64,000 nt of DNA, taken from positions 273,316 to 337,315 of the forward strand of contig CAVSGI010000013.1 of the NCBI GenBank assembly GCA_963727445.1, written 5' to 3'. This document shows positions 41,706 to 49,688 of the stretch, piece by piece (position 1 is the stretch's first letter; every line of letters begins with the position of its first letter). This DNA is from an uncultured delta proteobacterium (GTDB lineage: Bacteria > Myxococcota_A > Polyangia > Polyangiales > B10-G4). The notes under the pieces were generated by a model. That model did not search any database, had not been told where the DNA came from, and saw only the letters and a list, made by a program, of their open reading frames with translations. Both the position numbers and the translations under genes were made by a program.

Positions 41706-42527
41706 ATGGAGGACGCAGCTCTCTACATCGGCGCAGGCGCCATCGTGGTCGGTGGCCTGGTCGGGCTTCTTCTGAAGCTGCGGTCACAGCTCGGCGACGT
41801 CGGGCGCACCGGCGGCAACAGGCGGGAGTTTCTGGCGGGGGTGGTCGCAGTGCTGGTCGGCGCGCCGCTGGTCTACATGTTCGCCGCCGCCATCGCGAAC
41901 GGTCAGCTCCGCGTGAACGAGGCGCCCTTCCGGGCCATCATCGGGCCGGACTACGACGCGGTGCGAGAGGGCGACACGCCGACGAACTACGTGGGCAACG
42001 ACCGGCGCGCGCCCGACTTCACGGTGCGAGACCGCTCGGGGCGCGCGTGGAAGCTCTCCGATCATCGCGGCCAGGTCGTGGTGATGAACTTCTGGACGAA
42101 GACCTGCCGGCCCTGTCTCGAGGAGATGCCCAGCCTCCTCGAGCTGGCGACGCGGCTGCACGATCGCGAGGACGTCGCGCTGGTCGCGATCTCGACCGAC
42201 GACGATTGGGAATCGGTGCGCACGATCTTCCCGCCGCAGAACGACCTCGAGATCCTCTTCGATCCACAGAGCGCGGTGGTACGCGACAAGTTCGGCACGC
42301 GCCTCTTCCCCGAGACGTGGTTCATCGACCCGGACGGGATCATCCGGCTGCGCAAGGACGGGCCCTTCGACTGGAGCCAACCGGTGGTCGAAGAGCTCAT
42401 CAACGCGATTCTCGAGCTGACCGTCGTCGCGCGAGCGGCTCAACGAATTCCGCCGAGGCTCGTCCCCATCGACGCTTGCTGCTCGCCGCCGGTGGTCGCC
42501 GGCGTGGCGCCCTGTGACTCGGCGTAG
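41706..42527 (+). CDS. TlpA/ResA-like membrane-anchored thiol:disulfide oxidoreductase (thioredoxin fold).
   Basis: N-terminal TM helices, then 'VVVMNFWTKTCRPCLEEMP' with the CxxC active site. Confidence 0.7.
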   Translation: MEDAALYIGAGAIVVGGLVGLLLKLRSQLGDVGRTGGNRREFLAGVVAVLVGAPLVYMFAAAIANGQLRVNEAPFRAIIGPDYDAVREGDTPTNYVGNDRRAPDFTVRDRSGRAWKLSDHRGQVVVMNFWTKTCRPCLEEMPSLLELATRLHDREDVALVAISTDDDWESVRTIFPPQNDLEILFDPQSAVVRDKFGTRLFPETWFIDPDGIIRLRKDGPFDWSQPVVEELINAILELTVVARAAQRIPPRLVPIDACCSPPVVAGVAPCDSA

Positions 42528-43003
42528 TCGTGCAGGAGCTGCTCGTACATGACCTCGACCAGGTCCTCGAGCTGCCGCTGGCCACTGCTCGCGAGGCCGT
42601 TTCGGGGCACGGGTCGCCCGGCGAAGGTGCCCACCTGGGTCCCATCGGGCGCGAGCCAGCGGCCACGCACCCGCGCGGACAGGACGTTCACGTAGCCCAC
42701 GTGCTCGAGGAAGAAGGCGCACTCGTCGATGACGAGCACCGTCGCCTGGCCGCTGTCGTCGGAGACGGCTCCCTGGCCGAGGGCGTTGTAGAAGCCGCGC
42801 GCGAGGGTGGCGCGCACGTCCATCATCTTGATGTTCTCGAACTGCTGCTCGTCCTGAACGGCGGGCGCGATCTGCAGGGCGAAGGTGCCCGTCGGGACGA
42901 CCGCCGTCGGGTGGGGATTGCCGCCACGGACGATGTGAGGTCCACAGCCGACCGCGAACGAAGCGGCGAGCACGAACGAAGTGAGGGTGACGAGGTTCTT
43001 CAT
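42440..43003 (-). CDS. Lipoprotein, hypothetical.
   Basis: MKNLVTLTSFVLAASFAVGC|GPH lipobox. Its 3' end overlaps the TlpA-like ORF tail by ~88 nt. Confidence 0.5.
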   Translation of the reverse strand: MKNLVTLTSFVLAASFAVGCGPHIVRGGNPHPTAVVPTGTFALQIAPAVQDEQQFENIKMMDVRATLARGFYNALGQGAVSDDSGQATVLVIDECAFFLEHVGYVNVLSARVRGRWLAPDGTQVGTFAGRPVPRNGLASSGQRQLEDLVEVMYEQLLHDYAESQGATPATTGGEQQASMGTSLGGIR

Positions 43004-43022
43004 GACTCTTCCTTTTCTCGAC

Positions 43023-43559
43023 TCACGGAGTCAGGACCTGGAGGCGATAGATACCTCCACCCGAGCTCCCATAGGCATCCACGACGACCGTCACGCGCTC
43101 CGAGGCGCGGAGGTCGACGGTCACACGCGACGCGGTTCCGCCGCCGCTGTCGTCGTCACACGCGAGCTCGCTGCCGGTGCAAGGGCCGCTCAGCACGTAG
43201 AGGACGGTGTCGAAGTCGGCCCCGAGCGTCTCGAAGGTGTAGAGCCCCGAGCGACGCGCCGTGTAGACGAAGGAGCTCTCGGGACCGTCGCCCCCGCACG
43301 AGCCGCGGAGCCGACTCGCGCCGCTCGGCAGGTAGCTGTCGACGTCCCCGTCGAGGGCTGGTCCGCAGGAAGACGGCGGCGCAATCGTCCCCGCGTCGTC
43401 TTCGGCGCTCGGTGGATAGTACCGGGCAGGAGCGCGGCAGGCGTGCTCCTTGGGGTTCGACCCTTCGGGGCAATCGCCGGTCTCCCGAAGGAGGCAGCCC
43501 GAGGTGAGCAGGATTGCGAGGACCGCGAGCGCGGCCGGCGTTCGAGTGAAGCGCGTCAT
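43023..43559 (-). CDS. Lipoprotein with a pre-peptidase C-terminal (PPC)-like beta-sandwich domain.
   Basis: ATG at 43559 shares one nucleotide with the upstream protease stop (TGATG). MTRFTRTPAALAVLAILLTSGC. 'FDTVLYVLSGPCTGSELACDDD...VVVDAYGSSGGGIYRLQV'. Confidence 0.5.
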   Translation of the reverse strand: MTRFTRTPAALAVLAILLTSGCLLRETGDCPEGSNPKEHACRAPARYYPPSAEDDAGTIAPPSSCGPALDGDVDSYLPSGASRLRGSCGGDGPESSFVYTARRSGLYTFETLGADFDTVLYVLSGPCTGSELACDDDSGGGTASRVTVDLRASERVTVVVDAYGSSGGGIYRLQVLTP

Positions 43560-45274
43560 CAGAAGTACCACCCCAGCGTCGTGTCGAAGGATCGGAAGAC
43601 CGAGAAGTTGCCCCGCTGCGCCTCGGACCAGGAGACGCCGAAGGTGAAGTTGCGGATGCGTGCGCCGAGGCCGATCGAGTAGCCGTAGGGCGAGAACGAG
43701 AGCTCCTGCTCGATGGTGCCGAGGCCGACCGCGTAGTAGATGGGGAGCTCGATCATGAACGTCGGCGATCCGAGCGCGAGGCGGATGCCCGCGGTCGCGT
43801 AGCCGGCGAAGACGAACGAGTCGCGCCACATGCCGGTGACGACCTTCAACCCGTAGTCGAGGCTCATCATGAAGGGCCAGTGGGAGTCGAGGGCGAACGC
43901 GGAGGAGGTGAGGCTCAGCGACGCCACACCGCCGCCCACGAAGTCCTGACCCTCGAGGGGATCGATCACCACGCCCCCGCTGAGGCGAAAGACGCTCTGG
44001 CCGAGAGCGACGTGCTCTTCGAGCTCTGCAGGCCGCTCGGCGTAAGCGCTCGGCGTCGCGTTCGCGTCCGCGTTCGTGTTGGCGTTCGCGGCGCCCATCG
44101 GCGTCATCACCGGCGGGGCCCCGACGGCGTGGGACAGACGGGCGGTGATACGAGAGACGCCGGGCTGCGTTCCGTCGGCGCGGCGCCTGCGCACCGCCAT
44201 GACGACGATCAGCCGCCGTCCGTCGCCCGCCTGGACGTCGAGGACGTTGTTCGCCGCCACGCGGATCGTCGCGCGGGGGCGATCGAGCGACAGGAGGATC
44301 GCGTTGGCAGCGACCGGGCTCTCCATGGTGCGGTCGACGCCGAGCTGGATCCGGCCGACGTAGCCGTCGGGGACGCGAAGGAAGAAGAGCTCCTCACCCT
44401 GCACCACGAAGCCCGAGCCGGCGGAGCGGACTCCGATCTCGTCGGTCGAGAGCTCTTGCGCAGGCGTGACGCGCACGTCGTCGATGGGACCGGTCGCGAG
44501 CTCGCTCAGCCATTCCGGGGGCACGCGCTCGACCGGACGCGCCATGCGGATCGGCGCGATGGTCGTTCGCGAGCGCGCGACGAGGGTCGGCACACCGACC
44601 AGGCGACCGGCGCCGTCGAGGAGCATTCCGCCGCTGTTGCCGGGGTTGAACTCGGCGTCGACGCGCAGGTACGCCAGCGCTCCGTCGGCATCCATGTCGA
44701 GGCCGGTGATGCGCCCGCTGGTCAGCGTGACGCTCCGCATGCCCAGGGGATAGCCGAGGGCGAAGACCGGATCGGAGAGCTCGACCGGCTGCGTGGCGAG
44801 AGGGAGCGAGGGGAAGGTCGTCCCGTCGGGGATCGGCGATCCGTCGACACGCTTCTCGATACGAATGAGGGCCAGGTCCGCTTCGGGATCGGTGCGAACG
44901 ACCCGACCCTGCCAGGTGGGGCGCGCCTCTTCTCGGGACGAGGTCGTGTGAGAGAGGGTGACGAGCCCGTCCTCGCGAAAGAGCTGGCCGGGAGTGCCGC
45001 CGTCGAAGGGGTGCAGATTGCCGACGACGTGGAGATTCGTCAGGACGTAACCGTGGCGATCGATGATGGAGCCAGAGCCCTCCGATACCCCGTTCTCGGT
45101 CTCCACGCGCAGCAACACCGAGGCCTGGATCGCGCGATCGCGGAGGGCCGGGCTCAGGGCCTGGGCCTCGGCTCGACCGGCGAAAGGCAGGGTCGCCAGC
45201 AGGGCCAGAGCGAGGAGGAGATGGATGGTTCGTCCGAGCACGCCAGCCCTTACAGAGGCGGCTCGGGGGCTCAT
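43559..45274 (-). CDS. Trypsin-like (S1 family, HtrA/DegP-type catalytic domain) serine protease with a ~200-aa C-terminal outer-membrane beta-barrel-like domain.
   Basis: ATG at 45274, signal peptide LLLALALLATLPFAGRAEAQA. 'TNLHVV' (His), 'DLALIRI' (Asp), 'GNSGGML' (Ser). C-terminus '...RSFDTTLGWYF*'. Confidence 0.65.
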   Translation of the reverse strand: MSPRAASVRAGVLGRTIHLLLALALLATLPFAGRAEAQALSPALRDRAIQASVLLRVETENGVSEGSGSIIDRHGYVLTNLHVVGNLHPFDGGTPGQLFREDGLVTLSHTTSSREEARPTWQGRVVRTDPEADLALIRIEKRVDGSPIPDGTTFPSLPLATQPVELSDPVFALGYPLGMRSVTLTSGRITGLDMDADGALAYLRVDAEFNPGNSGGMLLDGAGRLVGVPTLVARSRTTIAPIRMARPVERVPPEWLSELATGPIDDVRVTPAQELSTDEIGVRSAGSGFVVQGEELFFLRVPDGYVGRIQLGVDRTMESPVAANAILLSLDRPRATIRVAANNVLDVQAGDGRRLIVVMAVRRRRADGTQPGVSRITARLSHAVGAPPVMTPMGAANANTNADANATPSAYAERPAELEEHVALGQSVFRLSGGVVIDPLEGQDFVGGGVASLSLTSSAFALDSHWPFMMSLDYGLKVVTGMWRDSFVFAGYATAGIRLALGSPTFMIELPIYYAVGLGTIEQELSFSPYGYSIGLGARIRNFTFGVSWSEAQRGNFSVFRSFDTTLGWYF

Positions 45275-45355
45275 TAACCCATCGGCGACAAAATCGAGGG
45301 ACGGCCTCGGGGCCGTGCGCGGCTCCTGTGCCTGCGCTACATAGGGGCCAACGCC

Positions 45356-47350
45356 ATGCGTCGGTGGCCATACCTGGTGATGCTCGCAGCGGCGGGTGCC
45401 GCATGCGGCGATGACGCCGGCGTCACGGATGCGTCGACCGACAGCGCGATGCCGATGGAGGTGATGGTGACGCCGCCGGCGGATCCCGAGGCGCCGCGCC
45501 TCGGCGATTGCCCCGACGGATGGGCGACGCTCGATCGTGACGGCCTCGCTTCCTGCGCGCCCTGGGCCGACAGCGTCACCGCCGAGAGCTGCGGGCCGGG
45601 GGAAGCGCTCTTCGTGGGCGAGGGATGCGCGCGCATCGGACCGCCCTGCGGCGCCGGCCGCTTCGCCGAGGACCTCCCCTCGGGCGCGAGCGTCGTCTAC
45701 GTCGACAGCGACGCGACGGCCCCCGGGGACGGCAGCGAGGCCAGCCCCTTCGCCTCCCTCGAAGACGCGCTCGGGGCGGCGAGCGCCGGGGACGTGATCG
45801 CCCTGTCGCGCGGGACGCACGAAGCGCCGCTCGTGAGGCCGGGAGCCAACGTGACCCTCGTCGGCGCCTGCGTCGAAGAGACGACCATCGAAGCGCCGAC
45901 CGCAGACACGAGCGGCGGCACGGTGATCGTGGCTGAAGACGGTGTGGTGCTTCGAAACCTCCGCATCACCGGGCCGCGGATCGGCGTGGCGATATCCGCC
46001 GAGGCACGCCTCGAGTCGATCCTCGTCGACCGGCCGCGAGGCGGTGGCGTGATCGTGAACGCGTCCGTCACTGGAGAGCGAGTCGTCGTGCGCGACGTGA
46101 TGCCGGAGGCGGGCTCGTCGGGCGGCGAGGGCATCGTCGCCATCTCGGGCGGCCAGGTGGACCTCGAAGCGGTGGTGCTCGAGCGCACCCAGGCGCTCGG
46201 CGTGCTCGGGCTGTCGAGCACCACCCGGATCGATCTGCGGCGCGTCCGCATCGCCGACGTGGGCGGGATCGGCCGGGGCATCGAGCTGCAGATGGGGGCG
46301 ACCGCCAGCTTGACGGAGGTCGCGATGGAGACCGGCGGCCTCTATGGCTTCGCGACAGACGCTTCGAGCCTCACGCTCTCGCGGGCACACCTGCGCGAGG
46401 GGAGCACGATCGAGCTGCACGCGGGCTCGACGCTGACGATGAGCCAGGCCGATCTCGATCAGAGCTTCAGCGCGTCCGTCGCCGTCTTCGACGCGAACGC
46501 GACGATCGAGGACACGCTCATCACCGCCACCACGCCGGACCTGGCGGGCGAGAGCGGCTTCGGCATCTACGCTGAGAACGCCGACCTGACGGTCGACCGC
46601 ACGATCGTGGCGGACTCACGAACCGTCGGCGTCTTCGTGGTGGGCGGCACGGTGTCGCTCTCGGACCTCTCCGTGCTCCGCACGCGCCACCACGAAGCGT
46701 GGGGGGTGCTCGGGCAGGGGATGCAGGTGGTGGAGGGCGCGTCCGCGACGATGCGGCGTGTCCTGCTTCGCGAGAACGAAGAGGCGGCGATCACCATCGC
46801 TCAGGAAGGTACGCACGTCGACGCGGAGGACCTGCGGGCCGAGGCTTCGACCGGGCGCGAGAGCGACGGGCTCCACGGCGTGGGCGTCTCTGTGTTCGGG
46901 GGCGCGACGTTGATGGGCGCGCGGGTGGCCGTCACCGGCAACCGACAGACGGGGATGGCGGCGATGCAAGGTGGGCGCGTCGTCCTCGAGGACGTCGAGA
47001 TTGCCGAGACACGGGAGCGCGCGTGCGCGGGCGAGGGTTGTGGCGAGGTCGCGTTCGGCTCGGGGCTGGTCACCGACCAGGACGGCAGCGCGACCCTCGG
47101 CACCTTCGTCGTGCGGGACAACGCCCTGTGCGGCGTGCGGGTCCTGGGCACGGGGGCGGCGGACCTCTCGGAGGGGCGGGTGGCGAACAACCCGATCGGC
47201 GCGAATGTCCAGGCCGCCGACTTCGACACGGACCGTCTGGTGGACCGGGTCGTGTACGAGGGGAACGAGCGAAACCTCGCGCGCGACAACCTCCCGCCGC
47301 CCGGCCTGCCCGAAGACATCGCCCCCAGCAGCAGCGGCGGCGGCGGCTAG
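45356..47350 (+). CDS. Right-handed parallel beta-helix (pectate-lyase-like) lipoprotein.
   Basis: MRRWPYLVMLAAAGAAC|GDD, then repeated short beta-helix rungs (xGxVxVxxNxxxG-like). Confidence 0.55.
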   Translation: MRRWPYLVMLAAAGAACGDDAGVTDASTDSAMPMEVMVTPPADPEAPRLGDCPDGWATLDRDGLASCAPWADSVTAESCGPGEALFVGEGCARIGPPCGAGRFAEDLPSGASVVYVDSDATAPGDGSEASPFASLEDALGAASAGDVIALSRGTHEAPLVRPGANVTLVGACVEETTIEAPTADTSGGTVIVAEDGVVLRNLRITGPRIGVAISAEARLESILVDRPRGGGVIVNASVTGERVVVRDVMPEAGSSGGEGIVAISGGQVDLEAVVLERTQALGVLGLSSTTRIDLRRVRIADVGGIGRGIELQMGATASLTEVAMETGGLYGFATDASSLTLSRAHLREGSTIELHAGSTLTMSQADLDQSFSASVAVFDANATIEDTLITATTPDLAGESGFGIYAENADLTVDRTIVADSRTVGVFVVGGTVSLSDLSVLRTRHHEAWGVLGQGMQVVEGASATMRRVLLRENEEAAITIAQEGTHVDAEDLRAEASTGRESDGLHGVGVSVFGGATLMGARVAVTGNRQTGMAAMQGGRVVLEDVEIAETRERACAGEGCGEVAFGSGLVTDQDGSATLGTFVVRDNALCGVRVLGTGAADLSEGRVANNPIGANVQAADFDTDRLVDRVVYEGNERNLARDNLPPPGLPEDIAPSSSGGGG

Positions 47351-47426
47351 AAAAGCGCGCGTCTCTTTAATGAGCGGCCGGGCCGCTTCTGTAGTGAAGG
47401 GCACGGGCCAACGTGCCCGCGCGATC

Positions 47427-48272
47427 ATGATATGCGACCTGTGGCCGAACGACCTCTGGGAGTACGAGCGATGGCTCGGCTACGAGCCCTCTGCTACCGT
47501 CTCGCCGGTGGCAAGGATCGACGACGACACCGCGATGGGCGAAGGGGGTCGATCGTTTCCCGCCACGAATCGGTCGGCGGTGCTCGGCTCGGGGAGCGAC
47601 GATCCGGTCCACAAGGCGCGAGCCTTCAATCGACTGGTGAAGGCCTACTGGCGCCCGGTCTACAAGCACATCCGCGTGCGATGGCAGAAGTCCAACGAGG
47701 ACGCCAAGGACCTGACCCAGGGCTTCTTCGCGCGCGCCTTCGAAAAAGACGTCTTCGCCGCCTTCGATCCCGAAAAGGGGCGCTTTCGGACCTACGTCCG
47801 CAGCTGTCTGGACAACTTCCTCACGAACACCGCGGTCGCCCAGAAGGCGCAGAAGCGCGGCGGGGGCCTCGCGCCTCTGAGCCTCGACTTCGCAGACGCG
47901 GAGGAAGAGCTGGCCGCTTCGGCGATCGTCGTGGAGTCGAGCGCCGAGGACGTCTTCGACCGGGAGTGGGCGCGCTCCCTGGTCCACGCGGCGACGAAGA
48001 CGCTCGCCGAGGAGCTCGAAGAGCGAGGGCGCGCCGTGCCCTACCAGGTCTTCGTGCGCTACGACCTCGCCGGCGACACCGACGAGCGCCCGACCTACGC
48101 AGCGCTCGCGGAAGAGCTCGGCATCAAGAGCTCGGACGTGAGCAACTATCTCAACGCCTCGCGCAAACGCTTCCGCGAGATCGTATTGGACACGCTCCGC
48201 GAGCTCACGGCGAGCGAAGAGGAGTTTCGCCTCGAAGCGACCGAGCTGCTCGGAACGGAGGGGGGCGAGTAG
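47427..48272 (+). CDS. ECF-type RNA polymerase sigma-70 family factor.
   Basis: Region 2 'DAKDLTQGFFARAFEK...FDPEKGRFRTYVRSCLDNFLTN', region 4 'TYAALAEELGIKSSDVSNYLNASRKRFR'. An alternative ATG start lies at 47535. Confidence 0.65.
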   Translation: MICDLWPNDLWEYERWLGYEPSATVSPVARIDDDTAMGEGGRSFPATNRSAVLGSGSDDPVHKARAFNRLVKAYWRPVYKHIRVRWQKSNEDAKDLTQGFFARAFEKDVFAAFDPEKGRFRTYVRSCLDNFLTNTAVAQKAQKRGGGLAPLSLDFADAEEELAASAIVVESSAEDVFDREWARSLVHAATKTLAEELEERGRAVPYQVFVRYDLAGDTDERPTYAALAEELGIKSSDVSNYLNASRKRFREIVLDTLRELTASEEEFRLEATELLGTEGGE

Positions 48273-48286
48273 CCCTCCGACAAGAC

Positions 48287-49687
48287 GTGCGCACACCGCT
48301 CGCCACGACGATCGTATTGCTCGCCCTCTCGGCGGTCCTCGGAGGATGTGGGGGGGACGGGATCTGCGACGCCGACGGCCTCTCCGCCGCCCTCGCCGCC
48401 GCCGCGCCCGGCGACGTGGTCGCGCTCGGCGAGTGCGAGGTGACCGGCGCCTTCACGGTGCCTGCGGGCGTCACGCTGCGCGGCGCCTCGACGACGGCGA
48501 GCGTGCTGCACGTGAGCGGCGGGGAGCGTGGGCTGACCCTCGCGACGCGCAGCGGGGCGACCACTTCGGTCGAGTCGCTCGCGGTCGAGAGCGACGGCTG
48601 CGCGGCGATCGTCGCGGACGGGCCCGGCGCGGTGAGTCTCTCGGAGCTGGAGATCAGCGCGTCGCGCGGGGTGGGGGTCGCGGTTTCGGCGGTGAGCCTG
48701 TTGACGATGAGCCAGGTGAACGTCGCTGGGGCGATCGGCGACGACGCGCCTTTGACCATCCCCATGCCGCCCTACACCTGCGCCGGCGCCGACCCCGCGA
48801 CCCACGGCATCGTCGTAGCCGGCGCCACCGAGGCGCGCCTCGACGACGTGAGCGCTCGCGGCTTCGCGGCCTTCGGCGCGCTCTTCTTCGAGTCGACGGC
48901 GACCTGGACCGGAGGCACCGTGGAGAACAACGTCGGCACCGGCCTCGAGGTCTATGGCGGCGAAGTGATGCTCGACGGCCTGAGCCTCTGCCGGTCGCGG
49001 ATGGGGGTGCTCCTCGTCGAGTCGTACAACGGCATCTTCGCGGCGGGCGCCTCGGTTCAGTCGCGCGCACTGACGGTCTGCGACTCCGAGTCCTTCGGCT
49101 TGATGCACGACGGCGTGACGGCGATGCACGAGGATCTCAGCGCGACCGACAACGCCTTCGCCGCCGTCTGGGCCCAGGGCGGCGGCAGCCTCTCCCTCGG
49201 CGGGAGCGCGCCGGTGCTGACGGGAAACGGCTTCGGCGGGGTGGTGGCGTTCGAGGTGCCGGCGGTGAGCGTCGCGGGCGCGCGGATCGAGGGGACGAGC
49301 GCGCGGACGACGGCGGCCGGCCCCTTCACCATCCGCGCGGGCGACGGCGTGCACGTGGTCGGCGCCGACGACCTTCGGCTGGACGCGCTGACGCTGAACG
49401 ACAACGAGCGCGTGGGCCTTCTGCTCGATCTCGAAGGCGCGACCCCGACCACCTTCGACGTGGGCACGGTCACGGTGTCCGGCGCGGGCTCGAGCCTGGG
49501 CGCGGTCGCACAGAACGGCGACGTCCCGGCCGATTGGGACACGGAGGTGATGCGACTCGGGGCGACGGCGGCCAACGACGCGGCCTTGACCGAGGCCCTC
49601 GAGATCGTGGGGGCCATCGGACCCTCGTGCCTGCCCGATCCCTCCGACCTCGGCGCAGCGGGCATCGACGCGTTGGTCGGCCGCTGA
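48287..49687 (+). CDS. Right-handed parallel beta-helix lipoprotein (paralog of 45356..47350).
   Basis: GTG at 48287, 14 nt after the sigma factor stop. VRTPLATTIVLLALSAVLGGC|GGD. Confidence 0.55.
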   Translation: MRTPLATTIVLLALSAVLGGCGGDGICDADGLSAALAAAAPGDVVALGECEVTGAFTVPAGVTLRGASTTASVLHVSGGERGLTLATRSGATTSVESLAVESDGCAAIVADGPGAVSLSELEISASRGVGVAVSAVSLLTMSQVNVAGAIGDDAPLTIPMPPYTCAGADPATHGIVVAGATEARLDDVSARGFAAFGALFFESTATWTGGTVENNVGTGLEVYGGEVMLDGLSLCRSRMGVLLVESYNGIFAAGASVQSRALTVCDSESFGLMHDGVTAMHEDLSATDNAFAAVWAQGGGSLSLGGSAPVLTGNGFGGVVAFEVPAVSVAGARIEGTSARTTAAGPFTIRAGDGVHVVGADDLRLDALTLNDNERVGLLLDLEGATPTTFDVGTVTVSGAGSSLGAVAQNGDVPADWDTEVMRLGATAANDAALTEALEIVGAIGPSCLPDPSDLGAAGIDALVGR

Positions 49688-49688
49688 A

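Noticed and set aside
42019-42527. Alternative-frame ORFs inside the TlpA-like gene (42047..42517, 42062..42403, etc.).
   Set aside because: The CxxC thioredoxin motif and TM helices are in the 41706 frame. The others are shadows.
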